The position numbers and the translations under genes are program-made. Below, piece after piece: positions 13,150 through 28,114 of a stretch of DNA of 64,000 nucleotides. The DNA comes from Camelus dromedarius (Eukaryota): assembly GCF_036321535.1 (NCBI RefSeq), contig NC_087436.1, positions 94,676,001 to 94,740,000 on the forward strand. Direction: 5' to 3'. Below the pieces are notes generated by a model. The model was not told where the DNA came from. It made no database searches and was given only the letters and a program-made list of their open reading frames with translations. Each line of letters opens with the position of its first letter. Within the stretch, counting starts at the first letter, position 1.

Positions 13150-13740
13150 CCTAGGATCACCTGGAAGTAGTGTTAGTCGGCTTTGTCTCCTCCGGTCTGT
13201 GATAGTTTTGTAGGCTTTCCTTTTTTTTGTTTTTAAATGTCTTTTACAGTTTTGAAGAGTATTGGGTAGCTGTTTTTTAGAATTCGCCTCAACTTGGGTT
13301 TGATGATTTTTCTCATGACTAGACTTGGTGTTACAGTTTCGGGGAAGAATACCATAGGGTGACGTGCCCTTCTCATCCCATCATACCAAAGGTACATGGT
13401 ATCAAATCAGTAATGATGTTTACCTTGATCTTTTGGTTAAGGTAGTGTGTGCTAGGTTTCTCTACTGTAAAGTTACCTTCTCTTTCTGAATTCTGTCTGT
13501 TAGAAATGAGTCACTAAGTCTAGTCCACATTCAGAGTCCAGGAGGGTTAAGCTTAACCTCCTAGAGGGCGATAAATTTGCTAATATTACTTGGAATTCTG
13601 TAATGAAGATTTGTCCCTTTCCCTCCTTCTCCCCCATCCCCCACCTCTATTGGAGTATTTTAAAGGACACTGATAAGAACATTTTTATAGTTTTTGATAC
13701 ATATTGCCAAATTACATTCCAGAAGGGTCATAACTGTTAA
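13150..13740 (-). mobile_element. Ancient L1MC/MD-like 3' fragment
   Basis: Similarity to recalled L1MC 3'UTR (ggggaagaataccatagg...ccttgatcttttggttaaggtagtg). Confidence 0.55.
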
Positions 13741-14899
13741 CTGTTGGACTAGCAAAATTTTTCATGGTACCCTGTTTGTGTGTTTTTTTTTTTCAGGTAA
13801 AAGTTCACACTTTAATTTGTATTTTCTTAATTACTTAGTTAAGGTGACCTTTTGAAAATATTTCTGTAGAGCCCTTTTGGGGAATTACCTTTTCCCTTGG
13901 GCTTTACCTATTTCCAGTATTTTTTAGAGACTATCTTGCCTGTTTTAACGTGTTGTCTCTTAGAGACTTAAGAGATTTATTTAGCATGTTGCTTAGTGGC
14001 CTTTAATTTTTAATCATCTTCAGGTTTTTGTTTTTTATTCAGGTTTAGGTAAAAGTCATCTAATGATAATTCCATTCCAAATTAATGCAAGAACTATAGT
14101 GGGTTAATCTAGCATATGACTGGATTATTTGCTTCAAGCCTGCATGGCTGATTCTCCCAAGCATTTTGTGTTAAAAATACTTTAAAAATATTTACTATAT
14201 TGCAATGTGTTAGAAAAATAGCTAACCTGTTTGAAAATTACTTTTATAATCTTGAAACCTATGTTGGCATTTTATTATATTTTGGGAAATTTTTTTTACC
14301 CCTAGGTATTTATAAAATACCCTCTTTTAAAAAAGAAATTTAGGAGACAATAGCTTCTTTAAAAGATACATCCCAAACGAAGTATTTTCTTCCGTAAGAG
14401 GAACCAAAATGAACTCTCATACACACGTACAAACATATAAATGCTTTCCCCCCTAATCTTTAATGTCTTGGAAGACTTTTTTTTTTTTTTTTTTTTTTTT
14501 TACTTCATGTTAGTCTTTAACATCTATAGCAACAAAAAATAGCTCCAGGATAAAAGAGCTGAAGTAAAATTGTCAAAAGAAAATCCAGAGTTTATTGTTT
14601 CTACCCTTCAGTTCCTCCAGCTTGTACCTGGAAAAAATTAATTTGTTAGTTAAAACATTAAAGAAAGTGAAAATACTCTCCGAAAAATATTTCACGTTAT
14701 CATTGGATGTTATTTCCAATTGGTGTCTTGGGATTTTAGATCTATTTTTCTGTGGTTTACAATTTTCTTAACTCTTTGGCTGATAGTCTGACAGATAAAT
14801 ATTTAAATAGAAAAATTTGTCAAAATAGATTCTTACTAATGTGGCTTTGGAGCCACCTAGAAGAAATGGAAGAAAATAACCTATAACAAGTTCTCAATC

Positions 14900-15745
14900 T
14901 TACTATGAGATAATGGATTGATACTAAAGAGACAAAAAGAGTTTGAAAAAGAAGAAATATAAGTGCCAACAAACTTGAAAAGATGTGCAGCCTCATTAGA
15001 ATTAGGAAATAAAGTAGTGAGACATATTTTGGGGGCCTGACATTATGGCAAAAATTTTTTTAAATTGAATGTGTCCATGTATTATTGTAGTATTAGTGAC
15101 AGTAATAATATTTTATGTAATTACTATGCTATACAATTAGTAATATGTACTGTGTGCTATTGATAGAATTAAAATTGGTAAAGGCTTTTTGTGAATGCCC
15201 TTAGATCTGGAGATTTCATTATTTGTACTCAGTCCTACAAAAATATGGGCACATAGATGTTTGTTGCAACATTATGTTAATAAAGAAATTGGAAAGGCCC
15301 TAAGTTATCTCTACTAAAGGAATGCTAAAATTATGTGTTCATGTTTTGGAGTATTATGTAGCCATTAGAAAGAATGAAGTAGAGCTTTATATATTGAAAG
15401 TTCTCCAAAGCTTTTTATGTTACAGAGAAGCAAGTTGCAGAATATGTATAATAGGTTCACGTATAACTGAAAAATTGTGCTCTACACTGGAATTTGACAC
15501 AACATTGTAAAATGATTATAAATCAATAAAAAATTTAAAAAAAGAATATGTATAATAGGACCTCATAAAACCCACCAAAATTATAGATGGATATATGTAT
15601 TTATAAGGGTATAAATGCATATAAAGAGACCTGGAAGTATTCATACCAGACTGTTGACCGTGGTACCTCTGGGGAAAGGGCGGAGAATTGGGGAGAGAAG
15701 AATGGGAAGGTTGACAGTTGCCATTTTACTCTGTGTACTTCCAGG
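14900..15745 (+). mobile_element. Ancient L1ME fragment
   Basis: Decayed ORF2 end (EYYVAIRKNE in ORF 15322-15510) and L1ME-like 3'UTR. Confidence 0.6.
15456..15542 (+). mobile_element. 87-bp young L1 3' terminus
   Basis: Near reverse complement of 2230-2310; perfect 17-bp TSD agaatatgtataatagg at 15439-15455 and 15543-15559. Confidence 0.92.
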
Positions 15746-18547
15746 GATACCACTGATACTGACACATAACACTGATGATGTTGTTTTACAAATATTTGCT
15801 ACTAAGACTGGCCTAATCAAGAACTGCTTTTAAGAGGTTTTTTTCCCAAGGAATCAATCCATTATATAAACGTGTAGTTCGATGGCATAATTCTAGAAAA
15901 TACACAATGGTGGAACTACAGTATCTACTTTTTGACCTTTTCCAAACTTATAAACAGGCAATTAAATTTGACTCCCCAAAGGTGAAATAAAGTAAATTAA
16001 ACCCACCCAACATGAGCTGGAGTGTTTAAGGTTCTAACAGCAGATAATAAATTGCGTAATGGCACTGGAACACTCCCTCAGTACATACAGAGACAGGATG
16101 ACTCAACTAACTTATTACAGCTGAACTCTACCAGGAAAGGTTTGTTAGTCAAAGGAGGAAATGAATCGGATCTGAGGGATGTGGAGAATTGTATTTGCCC
16201 TCCCAACAGAGAGGGTGGATTATTTTACTGCTTTTCTGTGCAAAGAGTTTAGCAGGGGATAGTGTGAGAGCTTTAGATGCGTTTTGTCCTTTATACTGCA
16301 TAAAAAGTCACCTGTAAACTGTTTCTTAATTTATGCCCAGAGTCAGATTGCTATCACAAGTATTAACTATAATAGGAAATTACTAATATATAAATTAAAC
16401 CCTTGATTGTGGAAAGTGTTAAAATATAAAAAAGTGAATTGTAGAATTGTACAGACTCCCCAGTACCTATCACTCAGCTTCAGCTTATGGCCAATTTTAT
16501 TTCTTCTCTGACTGTATTTACTTCCTCTCTCCTCCCCTAGATTATTTTGAACTTTTTCAGTGCACTATTCTTATTTTTACAACTAGGCCCTTTGTGACCA
16601 GTTGGAGTAAAGTTGGTTGTCTTCAAGGGTCAAGCCCATGACTTAAACATTATTTAGCATTATTCTCACATTAGGGTTATATATTGAGGAGCTGAACAAC
16701 TCCTGTGAAACATGAAAGGCAAAAGCATTGCTTTAAATTACTTTCTATCCAAGGCCTCTTCTAGGCTGATTTACCAGATTCTGTCTTGCCCAGGATAGAG
16801 CAACTTCTTAATGTCTCTGGACACCAAGGAATCTAAATGTGGGGTGGGATGGTTAAGTTTTTTGCTCTAGTGTGCTGCTGTGTGTTGACACTTGTTTTGA
16901 GGTCTGGGCCAACAGAGAACTATTTCCATTCTATTTAAAAACAAAACCAAACCAAACCAAGTAATTTTAAAGTGGAAACTATTAACTGAAAACTGAATAG
17001 TATCTAAAACAACTCAATTTAAAACAGCTCATGTAGAAATTTCCACAGAAACCTAGCACTTTTGAGGAATGTCCTATTTATAAACACATTTTTTCATTTT
17101 ACTGGAGGCTAATTAAGAGCAACATACTTTTAAAATTCTAGTTGATTTATATGTTTCTTTCATGTGTAGATACAGAGAAAATAAACATTCAAATTTCAGT
17201 AAAAATTTATTAATTACTATGGCTGATGATTAACATAGATTCCTGCCTCCAAGCTCTGTTTTTTTTTGGGGGGGTGGGAGAAGTGGTGGTGGAATCTAGT
17301 TTTGTAAATCAAATGGATTAAAAAGAGACTTAAAAATAGCTGTTCTACAATTTTTATGGGTGATAAACACAAGTCTCCTTTGTAAAAATCTGTTTGCTTA
17401 TATTTTCTTAGCATTTTCGTCTTGAGGCGCTACATTAACTGGATTGATACTGGGTATTTTAGTATTTGAATTTCATTTTTAAAAAGCTTAGTACTATATC
17501 ATTTAATTTCAACTCACATTTTATCGGCCTGGCAAGGCAGTGATAGGGAGGAAAGAAGGATCAGTATTTGTAAGTGGACACTTGTGTTATGTCCACACCC
17601 AGCACAGTCTGATCCCTTTTTTCCTTATGGAAAGTCTGTCTCCAAAATTATATTCTCTTCCCCAGAGCTAACCACTTAATTAGGTTTGATGTATATTCTT
17701 CCAGTCCTCTATGTATGCATCATACCTTAATTAAAAAAAATAGACAGTTCTATCGTTTATCCTACTTAGGTAGTCCATGGTTTAAAATGGCATCTTCATC
17801 ATATTCTAAATTCTGGTAAAATCATGGATCAGTTTGTCAACATTATGTTCTAATCTATTGCTCTAGCTGACTATTTCTACATGTGGCTGCATTTTGAAAA
17901 GTTAAATCACTCATGCATCTAGAATTTGTTTTGGTGTAAGGAATGAAGGTAGGGAGTCAGCTGTTCCCAACATTGTTTGTGGAATAATTTGTCTCCTGCC
18001 TAGTGATTTGATAGGCTGTCATCAAACCTATGTATTTCTGTAATGGACATCATGATTACTGAGTTAATTAATGAAAGAAACATTTTGACTTGTCTCTTTA
18101 TGTTGACTCTAGCTTCTCTACTATCAGTTTTCCATAGTGCAGCCAAGGCGATCTTTTAAAAATACACAGGCATAAAAACCCTTATGGACTTCACATTGCT
18201 CTTTGAAGACCTAGTCTTGAACATGGCCTAGAAGACCCTGTGTGGCCTGGCCCCCTGACCTTTCTGATCTCATTTCAGACTACTCTTCTGCTGTCTGGAT
18301 CCCAGCACATCATGGCTTTCTTTCAGTTCCTTCATCAGGTCATAATCTTACTCCCTACAGTCTTCACACTGCTCTTCAATTTGTGTCTAGAATGCCTGCA
18401 GCTCTCAATCCCCATACCTTCTACTTCACCCTGTTGTATTCTAGTGAATCCATCCACTTTCAACTCAGAGTTAACTTCTTTCGTTAAGTCTTCCTGACTC
18501 CCTAGATAAGTTTAGAACCAGATTATGCTCTCTAAGCACCATTTATC

Positions 18548-20010
18548 TTTTTTTGAAGTAACAGCTTTATTGAGATACAATTCACATACCACACAATGCA
18601 CCATTTAAGGTGTACAGTGCAATGGTTTTTAGCATATTCATGGAGTTGTGTGACCATTACCATATTCAATTTTAGAACATTATCTTCACCCAGAATGCAC
18701 CAATTAGCAGTCACTCTCCACTTCATTCCAAGCCCCCTAGTCCTGGGGAACCACAATTTTTTTTTTAATTGTAGTAAAATATGCATAACAAATTTTGCCC
18801 CTTTTTTTTGTTAAAATTTTTTTCTTTTTGTAGGGGGAGATAATTAGGTTTGTTTATTTATTTATTTAAATGGAGGTACTGGGGATTGAACCCAGGACCT
18901 CGTGCATGCTAAGCATAGTGCTCTACCACTGAGCTACACCCCCTGCAAATTTTGCCATTTTAACAATTTTTAAAATGTACAATTTAATGGCTTTACATTT
19001 ACAATGTTGTGCACCTATCTCCACTGTCTATTTCTAAAACTTTATCACACCAAACAAACTCTGTACTCATTAAGCAATAATTCCCCATTCCTCTCTTCCC
19101 CACATCCTGGCAATTACCATTCTATTTTCTGTCTATATGAATTTCCCTATTCTAGAAATTTCACGTAAGTGGAATCATACAATATTCGTCCTTCTGTGTT
19201 TGACATTTAGCATAATGTTTTCAGGGTTCATCTATGTATCAGAACTTTTTTTTTTTAATTGAAGTATAGTCAGTTTACAGTGTTGCATCAATTTCTGGTG
19301 TACAGCATAATGTTTCAGTCATATATATACATACATATACAGTTATACATACATATATTCCTTTTTGTATTCTTTTTCATTATAGGTTACTACAGGATAT
19401 TGAATATAGTTCCCTGTGCTATACAGAAGAACTTTATTACTCTTTATGACTGAGTAATATTCCATTGAAGTATATACCACTTTTTGTTCATCAGTAGTTG
19501 GACACATGGGTTCTTTCTACTTTTTGGCTCTTGTAAATAATTTTCTTATGAACATTTAGCATACAAGTATCTATTTGAGTTCCTGTTTTCAAATCTTTGG
19601 AGATAAATACCTAGAAATGGAATTGCTGAGTCAAATTCCAAATGTAATTGATAATTGTATATTTAACTTTTTGAGGACCCACCAAATGGTTTTCCAGAGA
19701 GGCCATTTAGGAGGTTCCTAATTTCTTCATGTCACTTATTTCCATTTTTCAAATTATAGTCATCCTAATAGGTGTGAGGTGGCATTTCATTGTGGGTTTT
19801 TTGGGGGTTTTTTTGTATTTCACTAATGACATTGAACGTTTTTTCTTGTGCTTATTGGCTGTTTGCATATCTTTGGAGAAATGTCTGTTTAAGTCCCTTT
19901 TAAATTGGATTGTTTTTGTTATTGAGTTAGAGGGGTTCTTTATATAGTCTGGAGAGTAAACCATTATAAGAAATATGATTTGCAAGTATTTTCTCTCATT
20001 CTCTGTGTTA
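18548..20010 (-). mobile_element. Cluster of nested L1 3' fragments (L1MA/MB-like, with a young L1 end at ~19250-19425)
   Basis: ORF 19749-20033 ([17 protein letters not shown]...CHLTPIRM) is decayed ORF2; several L1 3' termini. Confidence 0.85.
18800..18945 (-). mobile_element. tRNA-derived SINE (Vic-1-like) nested in older L1
   Basis: A/B boxes on the minus strand; TSD caaattttgcc at 18789-18799 and 18946-18956. Confidence 0.9.
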
Positions 20011-20431
20011 TCTTTTCTAGTTTTTTGGTTCATTTGTCTTTATAGCAGTTACAGGTTTGTATTTATAATTTTTAAAATACTTAGATTAATGTTTATCTCC
20101 ACCATTAGAATCTTACCACCCTTTAGGGTAAGTAAGGACTATATAAGTTTTTGCTCACTTTTGTGTGGCTGATGCCCAGCACAGGTGCTAATACTTTTTG
20201 AATGAGTGAAGTTCCCTTAAATTAATTTATGAGTTCCATTGATCTGTCAGTTCCATCTTAAGTATCACTAGTACTCCATCTTGTTACTCATTATTCTTAT
20301 TGAGAATCTTCCCAGCTATCCTTGTCATGTTAATTCATGGACCCCCCACCCCCAGCATTGGTAGCATTTTAGATAACTGATTTTTTTTTCTTTCAGCTGG
20401 CCTTCTTGGTAGGATATAAAGGCTGCAGAGG

Positions 20432-20788
20432 TACCATAGTCAGCTTAGGCTGCTGTGGTAAAATGGCACAGACTGTGTAAATTAAACAAGAAATGTTTAT
20501 TTTCACAGCTCTGGATTCTGGGAGTTCCTTGATCAAGTTGCGGGCAGATTCAGTGTCTGGTGAGAGACCTCTTCTTAGTTTGTAGATGGCTGCCTTCTTG
20601 TTGTATCTTCACGTAGTGGAGAGAGAGATAGCATGTCTCTTCTTTAAGGGCACTAATCCCATTCATAAGGGCTCCACTCTTATGACCTAATTACTTCCCA
20701 AAGGCTCTACCTCCAAATACCATCCCCTTGGTGATTAAGGCTTCATCATATGAATTTTATGAGGGACACAAACATTCAGTCCATAGCA
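20432..20788 (-). mobile_element. MaLR LTR (MLT1A-like)
   Basis: Ends cattcagtccatagca (reverse complement of the MLT1A start); internal taagggcactaatcccattcat. Confidence 0.85.
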
Positions 20789-21095
20789 GTGGTGAGGCTA
20801 ACTAAGTTAAAGAATTAAGTAAGCAAGCAGAATAGTGCTCAAGTATCACCAGCTTCACAGGTGAGTCCAGTGTAGAGTGTCTGAAGACATTTACACTTAC
20901 AGGAAATCAGTCTGATGACAGAAGTGGTATCCAGTCATTTGTATAGTTCATAATTCATGTAAGATTAGTAATAAACTCATAGATACGTTATTAATAAATT
21001 GAACTATACTTAGTTTAAAAGAACAATTGTAAATCTATACATACATGAATTATTTATAGCTTAAGAGAAAGAGTAACTCTGAATAATAGTCTTAA

Positions 21096-21233
<138 letters not shown>

Positions 21234-21857
21234 TGAACAGGACAGTCCTATTCAGAACTGAACTGTACCCCTCTATCCTATTTTGGGGAGAATGTTGGTT
21301 ATTGGAAGATTTACATTTGATGGGCACTAAAAGTTACTTCATAATTGAAATTCCGCAGTGGTATAAGTCATAATGGTTAAGATACTTGATACCAGCTTTT
21401 TCATTAGAGATAAAAACAAATTGCTGTCTTTATTTATGATAAATTTTTGTTGATGAAATTCACCATTATAGGTGGATAGCACACATTTGTGTACAGACTC
21501 TTCTGTTCTGTATTAATGCATATAGTCTTGGGCTATATGGAGCTTGTTTACCTGATAATCTGCTATGAAGTCATAGTTCCTGTTATGATATAGTTCAAAT
21601 CTTACTCCAACAAATGGCATAACAGAAGTCTCTGTAAAGATCATTTTCAAATCCAATTCAACTATTTGACAGAGGCAGATTTCTGAACAACAGGTTTTGG
21701 ATAGCTTTATTGAATTGAGTGTAGTGAAATTTGAATTGTAGGTTTTTAAAGACTTTACTAGTCTATAAGCTTAAATACAGGGCTGTTTATGTACTATACT
21801 TTATACTTTTTATGTTCAAAAGGAGAAATTTGACCATTATTCACAATAAATAAAGTA

Positions 21858-22119
21858 CAATTGACCCTTAAACAACATGGGTTTGAACTCTGAGGGTCCA
21901 TTTATATGTGGATTTTTTTCAATAGTAAATTCTACAGTACTGAACAATCTGTGATTGGTTTAACCTGAGGGTGTAGAATTCTGTTGATTCGAAGGGACTA
22001 TGTACACAGAGTGCTGACTTTATAGTTAGGTATAGTTACTTTATAGTTACATGCAGAGTTTCCACTGTATGGAGGGTTGGTGTCCCTAACTCCCTCATTC
22101 ATCGTTCAAGGGTCAGCTG
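21858..22119. mobile_element. Tigger-family MITE (MER8-like)
   Basis: TIRs caattgacccttaaac / gttcaagggtcagctg, flanked by TA on both sides. Confidence 0.88.
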
Positions 22120-22696
22120 TATATTGTCATGTTGTACATTGTAACACATTTTGTTGTTTTAAAGTACTCTTGTACAGGGGTGTATTATTATAGGCCAGTT
22201 AATAAAGGCAGGTACAAAGAGCTGCTCAATTATTTGAATTGTTGGTAGTTAATAAGCAGGTTTTCTGCTTATTCAGTGTTGATACATAGTCATTAGAAGT
22301 GCATTGACGGTGAGTGGTATTCCTTTGAGAGTCAGCATATACTAGGACTTATGATCCTTAAGAATGCTTTAGAGAGGATAGCAATAAACTAAGAACTTAT
22401 AGATTAACTATGACTCTTGTGAGTATAGAAATATAATGGGAATGCCATATCTCTGATAACTTGATGTAAAAATAGATTAGTTTGAGTAAAGGATAGTTTA
22501 GAAAATATTTTCTCCTGTTTGTTTATGAAGTTTAAGAGCTGATAGTTTTTATGTCTTAATTCAGTCAAACATAAGGCAGATTTCTTTTTCAAATTAAATG
22601 TGATATTTGAAACAAAAATTAGACATGTAACTTACTTGTGGTAAATTTCCTTAGTGGTTTTTGTGTGTGTTGTTGGGAGTGGGCATCAACATTGTA

Positions 22697-22975
22697 CTTT
22701 TTTTTTTTAATTAAAAAATTTTTTATACAATTTAAAGGTTACTTTCCATTTACAGTTATTACAAATGTTGGCCATATTCCTCATATTCTAAAATACATCC
22801 TTGAACCTATCTTACACTCAGTAGTTTGTGCCTCCAACTCTCCCACCCGTATATTGCCCTGCCCCTCCCATAACCACTAATTTGTTCTCTGTATCTGTGA
22901 ATCTGCTTGTTGTTTTTTTTTTTTTGTCATACTCACTAGTTTGTTGTATTTTTTTGATTCCACATATAAGTGATC
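22697..22975 (-). mobile_element. L1 3'UTR fragment
   Basis: Poly-T then L1 3' motifs ending gattccacatataagtgat. Confidence 0.7.
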
Positions 22976-25900
22976 CAGGATACTAGTTTTTAATAAGGAT
23001 TACTACCTTTTTATTTCTCACTACAGTATTTTTTGTTTCTAACAGTATCATGCTTTATTTTGTTAGCTCTGCTGCTTTTTTTAGAGATGGCTAAAACTAA
23101 GCCCTACTTTTTATGATTCCCTGTATATTTCTGTTCTCTTTGATAGATTGTCAGGAAAGCCATGTTTAGCTTTTTTTCTCCTTTTTTAGTGGGCACATTA
23201 ATTCATGCTTGATAAAACATTATTTATAGCAATCTTAGTTTGAAATATTTTGTAATTATGTGAAAATATATTTTAGATTTTTACAAATCCTTTAAAAGTC
23301 CATATTCTTTAGTGTGTGCTGGACATTTTCACACAATGTAAATTACTGTTGGGTGATCTGCTGTGTATAACATGCTGATAATAGTATTGAGGAGAAACTC
23401 ATTTAATTCACTAAGGAAACTTGCTGGTTAGGTTTGATAGACATTTGTTTAAATTGAATTGTGCTTTTGAATTTTTATTTCATCTGCATTTCTTATTTAA
23501 ATTCAGAATCAAGCAGCATTTTTGGATCATATCTACTTTTTGCTATTTAAGTGCTTTTTAAACATTTTTTTCTAAAGTAGCTTTTGATATAGTCTCTAAA
23601 TTCAGAAATTCAAAGATTTATGAATACTGCTATTTACTTTAGCATTATTTATAATAATAAAAAGTTATAAGCAACCCAAATGTCACCTAGTAAGGCAGTG
23701 GTTATATCATGACACATTCATGCGATAAAATCGTATACAGATGTTTAAAATAATTCTTTGAAAAATATTTAATAACACAAGAGAAATTCATGTCATATGA
23801 AATGAAAGAAAATAGGATATACAAATGGCATTGAGTATAATTTTGTGTGTACACACACATATACCTTATATATATTTGTACACAGGAAAAAAGACTAGAA
23901 GAAAATACACCAGAATGTTAAAAGTGGTTATCTCTGGATTGTAGAATATTGAGACTTCTCTTTTATAGTTTCCTGCATTTTCTGTGATAATAAATTTTAT
24001 AATCAGTAAAAAGTAGTCTAACAAAAACTCAATTTTTTCACTTAAATGTCATCAGTATTCTTTTATGATATACTAGGCTTTTCTACCTCTCGTGCATTCA
24101 TTATTTTCGACTCTTCAAAGGTACTTCAGAGGACCTTTTTTTCTCAGTACCTGTTATCTTATTGCTCTGTGGGATTCTAACTCCACAGCCTATATCTTAA
24201 AAGCAGTTTATCTGACTATAACTTCTCTGTGTTAGTTATAACTAACAGAATTTAGATGTCTGCATGCTCAGGAAATTCATAGATACATTAATAATATTGT
24301 GTTATAGTATGATGACAGAGCAGAGATTTAGTCTCTTTTTTTTTTTAAATGGACATTTAATTCATCTTTGTAATAGTGTAACATCTCATTAACTTCAAGT
24401 TCTGATTTGAAATTTTTGTTATTTTTGACCTCATGTAGTAAAATTGGGTTTTCTTGTAGTGTAGAGTATTGTCAATTCCTGAGAATTTAAAATGCTAATA
24501 GCAAGTAAAAACCTGGGGAAACTTGAAGATTTTAATGCAGATTATTTATGGTTTGTTGATTAGTTGTATGCTAGGTTGCAGTTCTGTTCTCTGGAAACAG
24601 GCTTTGCCTGTTTGAGCTTAGGAATAGTTAAGATTTTTACCGTAAGTTCCTTTCCACTTTAATAAACTTCTGTTCCTTGAAAATTTAAAACTAATTTCTT
24701 TTCCTGATTTAGTAATGATATCAGTTAAGGTTTCTTCATTGTAAATAATAGAAGTTCTAGCTGATTTAAGCAGAAAAGGACGTATTAACAGAGTATTATG
24801 TGACTTAACATTGGACAACCTAGAAAATGAATAAGATGAACGGGAGTGTTAATGCCAGAATGAACCCATGCTGCAAAACTGGCCCAAGCTGCTGCTCCTG
24901 AATTCCAGACTTTTGTATATCCAGCTGTTGATACAACATCTCCATTTGGACAAATAGTAGACAGCTTATACTTGATGTGTGCATAACTGAACTTCTTTCC
25001 TTCATTCACTTTATTGTATATCTGCAATAAGGGCTTTTAAAACAAATGAATATATCTCTGGTTGTATTATTATAGGAGTGTTTTAATGATACATGATAAA
25101 CAGTGTTTCAGTTTAAGGTTATAAGACTGCAGTACAAAGAATGCCCATCTTGGGGTGCTCATGACAAAGCTTTACTTGCTTTCTTGGCATATCTCCTTCC
25201 TATGATTTAATTGCATCCTTGGGTTACACAAATACTAGACTGTTCTTAATGCAGTTGTATTTTGCCAGGTGCATGTTTGCCAGGTTTTGTTTGCCAGATT
25301 TTGTATTTGCTGAGTTCTGTTTGTCTCTGAAATGTTCAGAAACATTAAAAAATGGAGGCGCTATCTGACATTTCAGACATTCATGTATCCTAGTCTAATA
25401 TTCTAATTAGAACTTTAATGCTTTACTTATTAAATACTGGCTAATGAGACTTTTTAAAGAGGTGAATAAGAATATACAATGAGTCCTTTTCAATTAAAAT
25501 CAGGTATCCTATCATGTTACATTGAATTCTCTGTTTCATTACTTGACTAAATATGGGAATATACCCATTGATAAATATGGATTTTTACTGATATAATAGT
25601 AGAATACTACAACATATGTAGAAAGATGCCAACACAAAATTCATAATCTAATTATAAATCATTCTTTTAAGTTGTTTAGCTTTTTTTTGTGTGCCTCCTC
25701 TGAGGATAGTGTTCTTTTTTTTTTTTTTTTTTAAACAGGGGGAGGTATTTCGTTATAACTAGTGTACCTAGTTGTTTCGGTTTTTTCTAAATCATTCATA
25801 CTTCCTAACATCCGTAAAGACAGTCTGAAGGGGGATTTTTTTCAATTCCCATTGGAGCCATTTGCAGAATTATTCTATTTTTAGCCTCTTCTGCTCCCTT

Positions 25901-26794
25901 GTGACTTTTGTCGCCTCCTGCTCTCCTTGACTATCTCTTGATATACAGTTTCTTCTGTTAATGATAGGAGTTCCAGAAGGAGAGAACAGGTGGATTTAGA
26001 AATGTGAACTTAAATTATGCTTTGTGTTTTTCCTGTTCTCTGTTGTAACCTAAGATTTGGGATGCAGATAATCCTTTATTGTTTGTTGAGCTCTGTATTT
26101 CAGCTCTGATCTAAACAGTGTAAGTGAAACTTCTACATCTTTACTTAAATTTGTTTTCGTATTAAAGTACTATAAGCCTGTGATCTGGGAGATCATTGGT
26201 CATATTCCTCTTAGAAGTCTTAAGGCCTTGTAAATTGTGACTAATGTCTACTGATCTTAAATAAGTCACTCTAAGTAAGACCTGTTATTGGCCTTTTCCT
26301 GGAAGATGTATGCCTGAAGTTTCTTGAGAAACTTCCCTACCCAGAAAATATATCTACTGCTAGTATCTTTTCCTATTAATTTATACTGTTGTAAAATGTT
26401 TAATTATTGATATAAATAATAAATGTTCTTTCAAAAAAAATACATGTGAAGTAAATTCCTCACTCAATTCTCTATATTTGACTTATTCCTACTTCCCTAG
26501 ATGAATTTGGTGTGCACCTTCACAGATCTTTCTAACAAATAAACATGTATGGACTATGAGATACATATATATATGTATTTCCCTAATTTAATAATATTTA
26601 GCGTTTTCCATGTTGCTACAAAGCCTTTTTAATTCATGTGATTAACTTTTGGTTTTTATTTTAGTCAATAAAGGAAATTTTAGTGGGCTTTCTTCTTTCA
26701 AGTCTTAATACTTTTTATCAGTATCACCTAGGCACTGGAAGACTAGATAGTCCTTCTGTGATTAACGGTACAGTTGATTTTACAAATTAGGAAG

Positions 26795-27949
26795 TGTTGG
26801 CCTTGAAAATAAAACAGTCAGGTGCAGCCATTATGGTAAACAGTATGGAGATTCCTCAAAAAATTAAAAATATATTTAACATATGATCCAGCAATCCTAC
26901 TCCTGGGCATATATCCAGAGGGAACCTTAATTCAAAAAGATACATGCACCCCAATGTTCATAGCAGCACTATTTACAATAGCCAAGGCATGGAAGCAATC
27001 TAAATGTCCACCAACAGATGACTGGATAAAGAAATTGTGGTATATTTATACGATGGAATACTACTCAGCTGTAAAAAAAAAAAAAAAGAATGAAATAATG
27101 CCATTTGCAGCAACATGGATGGACCTAGAGATTAATCATTCTGAGTGAAGTAAGCCAGAAAGAGAAAGAAAAATACTATATGATATCACTCATATGTGGA
27201 ATCTGAAAAAAGAAAAAAAGAGAGCACTAATGAACTCATCTACAAAATAGAAACAGACTTGCAGACATAGTAAACAGTCTTACGGCTACCAGGTGAAATG
27301 GGGTGGGAAGGGATACATTTGGGAGTTTGAAATTTGCAAATGTTAGCCACCATATATAAAAATATGTTTAAAAAAACAAATTTCCTCTGCATAGCACAGG
27401 GAACTATATTCAATATCTTGTAATAATCTTTTATGAAAATGAATATATGTATATATATATACATGACTGGGACATTGTGCTGTACACCAGATATTGACAC
27501 ATTGTAACTGACTATACCGTAATAAAAAAAAAAAGAAAAGTCAGTTATTTTACTAGCAAGAATGGGTTTATTTGGGAATAGCAGAGAATTGCAGTTTAGG
27601 ACAACAAGCCACAGCAAAAAACCATGCAAACAAGTCCAACAGTTAAAGAAGAGAGGGATGCCATTTTATAAAGAAAAAAGAGGCAAGTTGGAAGGGATTG
27701 TTTTGAACAAAAGCCCACTGGAGAAAAATGAGAGTTCAGGGTGATGATCGTTTTTCATTGGCTGAGTTGCTGGGGTAGTTGATTTCTTACAGGAAATGCA
27801 ATGTACCTCTTTTCCTGTTGGAACCTGTAAATTGATGATTCTCTCCTTTTGATGATTAAGTCTATGATTGACCATTCTCATAATTGACATTAAGTGGTAC
27901 TGTGTGACAGCTCCCCCTTCTGGCCTCCTGGTTTTCCTTTATTTTCACA
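26795..27949 (-). mobile_element. Solo LTR interrupted by an L1
   Basis: TG at 26795 and CA at 27948-27949, flanked by gaag/gaaa; the sequence is continuous (aaaacagtca|gttatttt) once the L1 is removed. Confidence 0.6.
26821..27535 (+). mobile_element. Young 5'-truncated L1, sense to SMIM14
   Basis: ORF2 C-terminus ([19 protein letters not shown]...PFAATWMDLE), 3'UTR, AATAAA at 27521 and poly-A; TSD-like aa(c)agtcag. Confidence 0.95.
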
Positions 27950-28114
27950 GAAATGAGGTTATATTTTATTTTAAAGATAAAATAACTATTGAATGTCCTC
28001 ATGGCACAAAATTCAAGCAGTACTAAGTGTGGAAAGGGAAAAGTAAAAATCTCCTATGTTCCTCCGCCTCTCATTGCCATTTTACTGATTATAAGTTACT
28101 CAGTTTCTTTTATA

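Noticed and set aside
18870..18945. tRNA gene
   Set aside because: The tRNA-like head is followed by a SINE body and tail with TSDs, and there are three diverged copies in the window.
25260..25315. Three copies of tttgccag
   Set aside because: Short degenerate slippage repeat with no evidence of function.
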